In this document: positions 53,150 to 64,000 of the stretch, in pieces | Numbering within the stretch: the stretch's first letter is position 1 | How the letters are laid out: every line of letters starts with the position of its first letter | Origin: Octopus sinensis | Taxonomy: Eukaryota | NCBI RefSeq assembly: GCF_006345805.1 | Contig: NC_043006.1 | Location: 59,892,001-59,956,000 of the forward strand | Direction: 5' to 3' | Length of the DNA: 64,000 bases | Notes under the pieces: model-generated | The model's input: the letters and a program-made list of their open reading frames with translations, nothing else | Database searches by the model: none | Told to the model about the DNA's origin: nothing | Program-made: the position numbers and the translations under genes

Positions 53150-53481
53150 GCATGGCTCAGTGGTTAGAACGCCGAGCTTACTATCGTGAGGTTGTGAGTC
53201 CGATTCCCGGACCAGGCTGCATGTTGTGTTGTTGAGCAAGTCACTTTATTTCACGTTGCTCCAGTTACTTCAGTTGTAGAAATGAGTTGTGACATCACTG
53301 GTGCCAACCCGTATCGGCCTTTGCCTTTCCCTCTGATAACATCAGTGTTGTGGAGAGGAGAGGCTGGTATGCATGAGTGACTGGTGGCCTTCCATGAGAA
53401 CAACCTTGCCCGGACTTGTGCCTCGGAGGGTAACTTTCTAGGTGCAATCCTATGGTCATTTATGACCGAAAGGGGTCTCCT

Positions 53482-53482
<1 letters not shown>
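53147..53482 (+). mobile_element. tRNA-derived SINE family D; copies at 22450-22750 (+), 56843-57177 (-) and heads near 23365, 24070, 28930
   Basis: A box TGGCTCAGTGG, B-box-like GAGTCCGATTCC, conserved TTGAGCAAG.CACTTTATTTCACG block. Confidence 0.8.
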
Positions 53483-53514
<32 letters not shown>

Positions 53515-53520
<6 letters not shown>

Positions 53521-53763
53521 ATAAGGGTAGAAATTGATATTAATCAATTAAAACCAGTGGCCTTGCATATTTAAAAAAAAATCCGAAGATTAAAAAATTT
53601 TACATACAAAATTTAGAGGATTGACTACTAAAAGTGGACAGCCTGTATGCTAGATATAGACGTCAAAATCGCCATTTTCTCTGTGGAAAATGGAGAGTTT
53701 GACGTCTATATCTAGCACACAGGCTGTCCAATTTTGGTGGTCAATCCTCTAAATTTTGTATGT
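53515..53763. mobile_element. Asymmetric fold-back element in (TA)n
   Basis: ~160-bp near-palindrome at 53602-53763 plus an ~85-bp unpaired left extension. Confidence 0.7.
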
Positions 53764-53775
53764 GTGTATATATAT

Positions 53776-54187
53776 ACTCTTTTACTCTTTTACTTGTTTC
53801 AGTCATTTGACTGCGGCCATGCTGGAGCACCGCCTTTAATCGAGCAACTCGACCCCGGGACTTATTCTTTGTAAGCCCAGTACTTATTCTATCGGTCTCT
53901 TTTGCCGAACCGCTAAGTGACGGGGACATAAACACACTAGCATCGGATGTCAAGCGATGTTGGATGGGACAAATACAGATACACAAACATATACACACAC
54001 ATACATATATATATATACATATATATGACGGGTTTCTTTCAGTTTCCGTCTACCAAATCCATTCACAAGGCTTTGGTCGGCCCGAGGCTATAGTAGAAGA
54101 CACTTGCACAAGGTGCCATGCAGTGGGACTGAACCCGGAACCATGTGGTTGGTAAACAAGCTACTTACCACACAGCCACTCCTGCGG

Positions 54188-54188
<1 letters not shown>
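53776..54188 (-). mobile_element. SINE A copy (others at 57225-57682 -, 61527-61962 -, 62710-63072 +)
   Basis: Full-length match to the family. Confidence 0.9.
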
Positions 54189-54209
<21 letters not shown>

Positions 54210-54224
<15 letters not shown>

Positions 54225-55738
54225 TCTAGTTGTGTGAGTGTCTGTCCCCTTCGATTTAGATTCCTAACTCCTCCCACATTTTGCGGTGCAGTTTAACCAA
54301 ATTCGGGTATCTTATAGTCGTGATTCATATCGAGCCCGTCTGACTATTAGCGCGCGTCAACGATGAGTCTACGATTTTAAAAATAATTTAACATCATTTT
54401 TTATTCCATTTTAATGCATAAAATGCATCGTGTGTCGATGGTGGCGGAGTTGGCGTCCACGCTCACAGCTGCACCTGTTTGCTTCTCCCCCTTCCCTCCC
54501 TCGTGAAGCTGTGGGGAAGGGAGTGTAAAGAAATCAACGTCGTAAAGCGTTGTGAAGGAGACCAGCGTTCTTTTAGAACAACGACTTCATGGCTTGAAGA
54601 CACCAAAACAAAAATGACTAAGAAAGCCCGAATTTATAAGGGAAGTAACTCTCTAAAAATGCTTATATAGTTATTTCCCTTACAAACCCGAGCAACGCCG
54701 GGCGATACTGCTAGTATATATATATAAAACTGTAGTTCTGTGAGTGTCTGTCCCCTTCGATTTAGATTCCTAACTACTCCCACATTTTGCGGTGCAGTTT
54801 AACCAAATTCGGGTATCTTACAGTCGTGATTCATATCGAGCCCGTCTGAGTATTAGCGCGCGTCAACGATGAGTCTACGATTTAAAAAATAATTTAACAT
54901 CATTTTTTATTCCATTTTAATGCATAATTTTTCGTGTGTCGATGGCGGCGGAGTTGGCGTCCATGGTCACACCTGCACCTGTTTGCTTCTCCCCCTTCTT
55001 CTCTCCCTCGTGAAGCTGTGGGGAAGGAGTGTAAGGAATCAACGTCGTAAAGCGTTGTCAAGGAGACCAGCGTTCTTTTAGAACAACGACTTCATGGCTT
55101 GAAGACACCAAAACAGAAATGGCTAAGAAAGCCCGAATTGGCATCTATAGTGGAAGTAACTCTCTAAAAATGCTTATATAGTTATTTCCCTTACAAACCC
55201 GAGCAACGCCGGGCGATACTGCTAGTATATATATATAAAACTGTAGTTCTGTGAGTGTCTGTCCCCTTCGATTTAGATTCCTAACTACTCCCACATTTTG
55301 CGGTGCAGTTTAACCAAATTCGGGTATCTTACAGTCGTGATTCATATCGAGCCCGTCTGCGTATTAGCGCGCGTCAACGATGAGTCTACGATTTTAAAAA
55401 TAATTTAACATCATTTTTTATTCCATTTTAATGCATAATTTTTCGTGTGTCGATGGCGGCGGAGTTGGCGTCCATGGTCACACCTGCACCTGTTTGCTTC
55501 TCCCCCTTCTTCTCTCCCTCGTGAAGCTGTGGGGAAGGGAGTGTAAGGAAATCAACGTCGTAAAGCGTTGTCAAGGAGACCAGCGTTCTTTTAGAACAAC
55601 GACTTCATGGCTTGAAGACACCAAAACAGAAATGGCTAAGAAAGCCCGAATTGGCATCTATAAGGGAAGTAACTCTCTAAAAATGCTTATATAGTTATTT
55701 CCCTTACAAACCCGACCAACGCCGGGCGATACTGCTAG
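54210..55738 (+). mobile_element. Tandem trimer of a ~510-bp non-autonomous Helitron
   Basis: Units end in hairpin plus CTAG at 54714, 55225 and 55738. Confidence 0.9.
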
Positions 55739-56771
55739 TATATATATATAAAATATCTGTAATTGTGCATGTGTTTATTTACACTTTTGCCAATAAATAC
55801 CAAGCTTAAGATAAGTACCGAGGTGAGATTCTGATTGATTGTGCCCCAGCATGGCCCGTAGTCCCATTCACTGATAGAATTTCAAAAATAAGAAAAAAAA
55901 AATAGAAGCATTATTGAAAGCGGTTACAGAGATTAAATGCTAAAGTCCAATGTTCATCAAGATAGTGGTTTCTGAGCAGACGATTTTACTAATCTATTCT
56001 AATAAAATCCTTTTATACTTTCTTTGTGTGTGTGACATTGTGTATGATTGCGTTTGTGTGACAGTGTCTGTGGTTTTATCTTTCGTTTTTTCAATACTTT
56101 TCTATTATCTGTTGTCGTGTCGAAAGTTTATTTATTCTTGGATCTAATTTGGAACAGGTAAGTTATTTAATATAAATACGTTTATTTAATGAATTTGTAT
56201 TACGTTTTCCTTTTTTTAATATGTTTTTTTTTCTGTGGTAATATATATTATTATTTTCATAATTATACATATCAGTTAAGTATTCACTGAATAATACCAC
56301 TTATTTATAAAATATTGTATTAAAAAAAAAAATTCTTTGCGGTCTTCAAATAAGAAAGGCTTTGAGAAAGAATTTACCATAATTTGACATGTTTTCCCAA
56401 AAGAAAGTATCCATATCTTTTGCAAACACTTCTAGGCTGGTAAATTGATGTGGATGATATCAAATGTAATAGATATTACAGGAAAAGAACTGATGGTTCA
56501 ATCCAAATTCTTGCAACAGAGTAATTTCCGTTGAATAAAATAAAAATCATTAAAGCGACGGACAAAGTGCTTAACGGCATTTCTTCCGGCTCTTTACGTT
56601 CTGAGTTCAAATTCTATCCTGTTTGACTTTACCTTTCATCTTCTCGGGGTCAATAAAATAAGTACCAGCAAGGTGCTGGCATCAATGTAATCGACTTACC
56701 CCCTCTTTCAAATTGCTGGCTTTGTGCCGTCAATTCGGTGTATGTGTGTATGCGGATATATATATACAAAC

Positions 56772-56808
<37 letters not shown>

Positions 56809-58343
56809 AACAGATATATATATATATATATATAAGGGTAAAGACCCCCTTCGGTCATGAATGACCATGGGATTGCACCTAGAAAGTTACCCTCCAAGAC
56901 ACAAGTCCGGGCAAGGTTGTTTATGGAAGACCAGCAGTCGCCCAGCAGTCGCCCATGCATACCAGCCCCCCCTCTCCACGCCACCAGTGTTATCCAAGGG
57001 AAAGACAAAGGTCGATACAGCTTGGCACCTGTGACGTCGCAACTCATTTCTACAGCTGAGTGAACTGGAGCAACGTGAAATAAAGTGCCTTGCTCAAGAA
57101 CACAACACGCAGCCCGGTCTAGGAATCGAGCTCACAACCTCACGATCGTAAGCTCGACGCTCTAACCACTGAGCCATATATGTATATATGTATATATATA
57201 TATATATGTTTGTTATTTTTTAACATTTTCTTGTTTCAGTCATTGGACTGTAGCAATGTTGAGGCTCCACCTTGAGAGTTTTAATCGAAGAAATCGATCA
57301 CAGTTCTTGATTTAAATTTTACTAATTTTTCTTGTACTAACTTTATCAGCCCTTTTGCCGAACCACTATGTTACTAGGCATAAATATACCAACATCGTTT
57401 GTTAAGCGGTAGACAGTGGTGCTGGTGACAAACACAGATGCAAAAACACACACAGGCGCACACACACACAGAGGCACAGACACATACAGAGGAACAAACA
57501 GATGCACACACATATACATAGGAGTGCTTCCACACAGTCTCCGTCAACTAAATTCATACACAAGGTATTGCTCGGCCCGGGGCTATAATAGAAGACACTT
57601 GCCCCAAGTACTGCGCAATGGGACTGAACCCGAGACCATGTGGTTCCGAAGCGAGCTTCCTAAACAAACATCCCTGCCTGCACTTATACGCATTTATCTA
57701 TGCATGTATATATGTTTGTATGTACGTATATATTCATTTATATGTATTTATATTAAATGAATAAACATAAATTAAAGGGCACAGTGTAATATACAAGCCC
57801 ATATACATGCACATGAGACACACATACTAAACACATGCACACACATACGCACAGTCACACAATTATACTGGCGTAAACGCATGCGCAGATAGAGATATAT
57901 TCCACAGGAGGACAAGAGCAGACACATGGGACAGAGAGCCACTGGTGAGGTCGCAGAATGTGTGATGAAAGAATTTTGATAGATGTATAAACTAAAAATA
58001 ACACGAATAAAAACTAAAGAGGAGATGAAATAAATTTCAACCGAAGTTGTTTGGCTGACGAGACCTCATAAAGCTGAAATTTGAAAGTTATCAATTGTTT
58101 TCACGAGTTTACTTTAAAGACACATCTATTTTATTCATTTGTCTAAAAGAAATTTTAGAGTCATCTCCCTTGCTTACTGCTTTCGCATTTTAAACATACC
58201 AAGGTGGTGTTTTGCACACCAGTTGCTTAGATATTCTCAAAGTGAGATTTTGCATATGTATATATATATTTATATATATATAGACGCCATGATAGATCGT
58301 TAGCCACTATACACATTTTTTTTTCTCTCCTTGTTTTTTCTGT

Positions 58344-58385
58344 GTCCCTTTCTGTTGAAAAGCGTAGGCTCGAAACGTAAAAGAC
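58344..58385 (+). ncRNA. Degenerate minimal hammerhead-like motif in a (TA)n-embedded element (58285-58468)
   Basis: CTTT-CTGTTGA-AA-AGC-GTAG-GCT-C-GAAA-CG-TA-AAAG; palindromic ACGT helix III; core deviates at A6. Confidence 0.35.
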
Positions 58386-58466
58386 TTTTTCTATTCCTGA
58401 GCGTTATACTAATACATCTGTTCGTTTTGTACACCACCTGTCTTTTGTTTTTTTTCGTAAACTCTT

Positions 58467-58520
<54 letters not shown>

Positions 58521-58879
58521 TGTATGTATGTATACATATATATATATGAGATTTAATTGCAAACATAAATACTGTTTGGCATTTTTGTGTGACACACCCG
58601 TTCACTCACAGCTCTAATACATAAATTAATTGCTTCCAGTTTATGTAATAATTGTTAAAGCTACACGAGGGAAAGGATAGTTGATGTAATAATTACCAGT
58701 TCTTGATAGGTAATTTCTTTTATTGATCCCTAAATGATAAAAAACACAATTAGCCTCAGCGAAATTTGAATTCAGAATATAAAATAATATAAATTATTTT
58801 AGGGGCCCGAGAACCAGAATGGGTAAAAAATAAGACTCATTATTAGTTTTAAATTTTGACACAAGAGCAAACAATGTCA

Positions 58880-60357
58880 GAGGTGCAAAATGCTTCGCGG
58901 TATTTTGTCCGTCTTTATGTTCCGAGTTCAAATTCTGCCGAGGTCGATTTTGCCTTAATTTTAAACCAATATTTATGATTATTATTAACTATTCTGCCGA
59001 GCTGGCAGAATAGTTAGTAAGCTGGGGAAAATGCTTCACAGCGTTTCGTCTATTTTAACGTTCTCAGTTCAAATTTCACCGAGGTTGACTTTACCATTCA
59101 TCCTTTCAGGATCGATAAATTAAGTACCAGTTGAACATTGGGGTCGATGTGATCGACTTTACCCCTCTGTGTCAAAATTCGAAGGAAATATTATTTTCTA
59201 CTCTAGGCTCGACATTTCTGGAGAGGGGACCAGTCGATTAGATTGACCCCAGTACACAACTTGTACTTAATTTACCGACCCTGAAAAGAGGAAAGACAAA
59301 GTCGACCTCGGCGGAATTAGAACTTAGAACGTAAAGACAGACGAATCTCGAAGGAAATATTAAGAGTTATTTCAAATTTTGGTACAACGCAGCAATTTTA
59401 GGGGAAGGAGATAGCCGTTCACATCGGCCGCAGCACTTGAACGGTACTTTATTACCTAAACTTCGTAAGGAGAAAAAAGCTGACTTCAACAGCATTGGAA
59501 CTCAAAACATAAAGAGTCAGAAGAAATGCCGTTAAGCATTTTGTTCGACGCAATGTCAGCAGTTTGAAGGGAGGAACGAACTGATTACAGCAACCCTGGT
59601 ATTTAGCAGATGCTTAGTTTATGAACCCCACATCGACAGGAAATAAACTGAGAACGTTAAGTAGCAGATGAAATGCTGTTAATCATTTTGTCTGATTCGC
59701 TAACGATTCCGCCAGTTTGCCGCCTTCTCAGTATTATAAGTAATGATCGTTTCTACTATAGGCACAAAGCTTGACATTTTTTGGGAGGAGTTAGTCAATT
59801 ATACCGACCCTAGTACATAACTGGTATTTATTTTATCGACTCCGAAGGATAGAAGGCAGAGTCGCCCTCAGTGGAATTTGAACTCGGAACATAAAGACGG
59901 ACGAAATGCCGGTAAACATTTTGCCCGGCGTGCTAACGATTCTTGTTTCTTTACTACCTACAAGGGGCTAAACACAGAGGGGACAAACAAGGACTGACAA
60001 ACGGATTAAGTCGATTACATCGACCCCAGTGCGTAACTGGTATTTAATTTATCGACCCCGAAAAGATGAAAGGCAAAGTCAACCTCGGCGGAATTTGAAC
60101 ACAGAACGTAACGGCAGACGAAATACCTATTTCTTTACTACCCACAAGGGGCTAAACACAGAGGGGACAAGCAAGGACAGACAAACGGATTAAGTCGATT
60201 ACATCGACCACAGTGTTTCACTGGTACTTAATTTGTCGACCCAGAGAGATGAAAGGTAAAGTAGACCTCCACGGAATTTGAACTCTGAACGTAGCGGCGA
60301 GCGAAACACTGCTAAACATTTCGTCAAACGTGCTAATGATTCTGCCAGCTCGCCTCT
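58880..60357. mobile_element. SINE B cluster: plus-strand copies followed by tandem minus-strand copies
   Basis: Repeated cores; young head-to-tail pair at 59944-60357 with tail GTGGGTAGTAAAGAAA. Confidence 0.8.
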
Positions 60358-60884
60358 TTATTATAGTTCATAATTATAAATGAAACGATCGTTCTTTAAA
60401 ATTAATGTTTTCTGAAGAATAAATCGGTTTGGTTAAGGGGAAAATTAGAATTTTTTAATTGGCGCAATGAAAGCATTATTAATATTTGACTGGGATAACA
60501 AAGAAATAGAGACACCTGCGTTGGTTTGATTCATTCGATGTCGGCGTAGATGGTGGCGAAGCAGGAGGATAATTTTTTCATTTAGTTCGAAGTTCATCGA
60601 CATCTTGTTTACCTGGCGATAAAACTGATTTTTTTTTTTTATCATACTGTAGATATACTAGTGATATAGGTCATCACTGAAAACTATGTAAATTATCAAT
60701 CCCACTTTTTTATAAGTTAAATATGTAGTTAGCGCTTCTTTATAATTCAATTATCAATTAATCTAATTTACCGTTAATTATCATAAGGTAATTCAGTTAT
60801 TACAGTATCGCATAAAAAGCAATGGAAAAGGCGACACTTCCGCTGTTAACGCTCCATAGACATAACTATTTGGAGTTTTCGTTC

Positions 60885-61445
60885 TTGCTTGGTCGAAAAG
60901 GATATTACCCACTCATCATATTTAGTTGTCACGCTGGTGAGACCCATATTGAAGTACGGGATTCAAGCCTCTTCTCCTTATCTACTCAAAGACACACAGC
61001 ATCTCGAAAGAGTCCAGAAGCTGGCTACCCGCATGGTTCTTGGTCTCAAGCATTTGTCTTATGAAGAAAGGCTGAAGACGCTCGACCTTTATTCTCTAGA
61101 AAAACGACCACGCCGTGGTGATCTGTAACCTCTCGAAGGAGCTGGTCTTCACTCCTGCTCCAGAGAGTCGGCTGCGGGGTCACTCCGAAAAGCTCTATCT
61201 GCGACGATTTCATCTCAATCGAAGGAGAGGGGCTTTCTCCGTCCGGGTTGCGGGTCCGTGGAATAAGATGCCGGACGAGATAGTGAAGATGCCGACGACC
61301 GCTCGGTTCAAAGTCTCTCTTGACCAGAAATGGCCTGAACTCTTTGCATGAACACCCTCCCTGTACATAACTCCATGTCCCCGTACATGGCCTTGCTTTT
61401 TGCTTTTTGAGCCAAAAAAATTAATCTAACTAACTTAACTTAACT
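60885..61445 (+). mobile_element. CR1-type LINE 3' fragment
   Basis: TLVRPILKYG..LERVQKLATRMV.GLKHLSYEERLK.LDLYSLE..RGDL; FSVRV..WNKMP; CTAA-like tail. Confidence 0.88.
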
Positions 61446-61730
61446 AGTTTGACTCTACTCATTTGCGATGTTGAAAACATTAAAAATAGTTAAATCTATA
61501 GTTTTATTACTTAAGTGATCAACGATCTCTTTACTTGTTTCAGTCATTTTGACTGTGGTCAGCTGGAGCATCGTCTTTAGTCGAGAAAATCGACCCCAGG
61601 ACTTATTCTTTGTAAGCCTAGTACTTATTCTATCGGTCCCTTTTGCCGAACCGGTAAGTTACAGTGACGTAAACACACCAGCATCGGTTGTCATGCGATG
61701 TTGGGGGGGGGGACAAACACACAAACATAT

Positions 61731-61796
<66 letters not shown>

Positions 61797-64000
61797 GTAC
61801 ATATATACGACAGGCTTCTTTCAGTTTCCGTCTACCAAATCCACTCACAAGGCTTTGGTCAGATCGAGGCTATAGTAGAAGATACTTGCCCAAGGTGCCA
61901 CGCAGTGGGACTGAACCCGGAACCATGTGGTTGGTAAGCAAGCTACTTGCCACACAGCCACTGTGTGTGTGCGTTTGCTGTTCACTGACAAAACTTCGTG
62001 CTGCATTACTTTTGCGAAGTTTTATCAGCGAACAAGTCGCGGTTTCAAAGCGAATAAGATATTTTGATACAAATGAAATTTTAATGTATTCCCGTACAAG
62101 ATATCAAAAGTACATATTTGTATCCAGCTATTTTCGACTATACACTTTTATTCAAGGTCTGTTCACAGATGTGGTTCGAAGCGAACTGAGTGTATTTATG
62201 CGAGGCTAACATATTTTGCAAGGTTGCTATGGCTTTTGAGAGAAGAAAAAAGAAGGTGAGAGGGAGAAATAGAAACTTGATATAGATCTAAAAATTACTG
62301 CGTGGTTGACTTCATTCTGACCTTTAGTCTAAGTTCGAAATAAGATTTCTAGACCCTTAAATAGGTCATAGTGTATTTGTAGCTGGATTATGAGTTAGTT
62401 AGTTTTCGATGGTTTGTACAACAGATAGGTGCTAAATGAAATTTAATCAAAGCAAATTAAGTTCTATTAGATTAAATTATTTACATGTGGTATAAAAGCA
62501 AAACGTATTTACAGGGTGATCAGACGAAATGTAGACATATTTATTCAGATAATATCTCGATACAAAATGATATATCGAGTTTGAATATGCTCAAATAAAG
62601 CCCAGAAAATGCAGATTGAGATGTTATATTTAATTTTCAAATATATCCGCCCTTGGCGGAGACTACTCGCCGGAGTCTTGGAACAACTTGGGGGCAAGTT
62701 ACACGAACAGTTCTGGGTTCAGTCCCACTGCGTGACACCTTGGGCAAGTGTCTTCTACTATAGTCTCGGGCCGACCAAAGCCTTGTGAGTGGATTTGGTA
62801 GACGGAAACTGAAAGAAGCCTGTCGTATATATGTGTGTGTGTGTGTGTGTGCGTGTATGTTTGTGTGTCTGTGTTTGTTCCCCTAGCATTGCTTGACAAC
62901 CGATGCTGGTGTGTTTATGTCCCCGTCACTTAGCGGTTCGGCAAAAGAGACCGATAGAATAAGTACTGGGCTTACAAAGAATAAGTCCCGGGGTCGAGTT
63001 GCTCGATTAAAGGCGGTGCTCCAGCATGGCCGCAGTCAATTGACTGAAGCAAGTAAAAGAGTAAAAGAGTAAGTCGTTCAGCAAGAAATTGCAGAACGTT
63101 TTTATCGGACTACGAGAGACAACCATTATCATGCATGAACCGTGTAGTTCTGATTCCACGATTGTCAGAAGATGGTAACATGTAATTTAGCAAAATTTTT
63201 TAATATTTATTTTCGCAGTAACCAGTAACCATGGAGGGTTTTCAAAAATTCAGCGTCTTTCTGCTCTTCATTATAATGACAACGTTCACCAGAGTATTCT
63301 GTAAGCCTTGCACGAACGCAATTGGAAGCCTAGGTATGTTTATGCCACTGTATCGTTTCTTTGTCATCACTACTAAATGTAAACTTACACGAAAATATTT
63401 TTCTCTTTTGCAGAACCATTTTAACCAATTAGCTCTGTTTAAATAACATTACGCATAAAGTTTTGAGTGAAATTTATGTATATACACTATATTTGCTACA
63501 TACAATGGTATTTTGATCAAAACCTGTTTTAAGTGCATATATTAATTCGATATTACGGCAAGTACAGTTCCACGTTTGTATATACATTGTAAATGATATT
63601 TGAAACTTATCGATTAAAATATTTGATCTGATCTTCCTATATCTTGTATGTCACATTTCTTGCCAGGAAATGTGGATGGCAGTGTATTTGGCAACTAGTT
63701 GAAGAAATTCTAGTTTGTATTATGTTAAGTCTCTCGGTTTAACACTATCATGTGGGTAACTTCTTTAGCATCAATAACCCTGGGTCAATCATACTTTTTC
63801 TCCTCTGAACAAATCCCAAATCCTAAATTTTAAATCAGTACGCTTTCGCGATTATCTTTTGAAGATTACAATATGCATTTTTCATTCATTTCAGCGAGTG
63901 TTATGCCAAAGCAAAGTGACCAATTTTATTTCCAGATGGAAATGACAGATGCGATAGCAAAAAATACTACGCAATCGCTGGAATATTATGATGGCAAAAC

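Noticed and set aside
58051-58094. CTGACGA...GAAA hammerhead-like motif
   Set aside because: Helix II does not pair; at best a very decayed relic.
62511-63330. TA-CAGGGTG start suggestive of a Tc1/mariner TIR
   Set aside because: No matching second TIR or clear transposase motif identified.

Overview
AT-rich eukaryotic genomic DNA, dense in microsatellites and transposons. The repeat content suggests a coleoid cephalopod such as Octopus (inference). Two host genes are supported. (1) The 5' part of an LRRC9-like ciliary leucine-rich-repeat gene lies on the minus strand. Six coding exons with GT-AG boundaries (33103-33059, 30978-30760, 27230-27090, 22182-22119, 4495-4425, 361-179) splice into one open frame that continues off the left edge. 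(2) An intronless, divergent tubulin-folding cofactor A (TBCA)-like ORF (35835-36170, +) sits head-to-head with LRRC9 across an interval holding RFX X-box-like motifs. Much of the remainder is mobile DNA: four tRNA-derived SINE families, RTE, R4/Dong, CR1-type and L1/Tx1 LINE relics, two Penelope-like RT relics, mariner and maT relics, piggyBac-type MITEs and non-autonomous Helitrons. The most unusual signal is a set of short asymmetric fold-back elements embedded in (TA)n tracts, some carrying minimal hammerhead-ribozyme-like folds with variant cores (CCGANGA). They resemble Penelope-derived non-autonomous elements. No CRISPR array, rRNA or genuine tRNA gene was found. All calls were made by eye; no searches were run.
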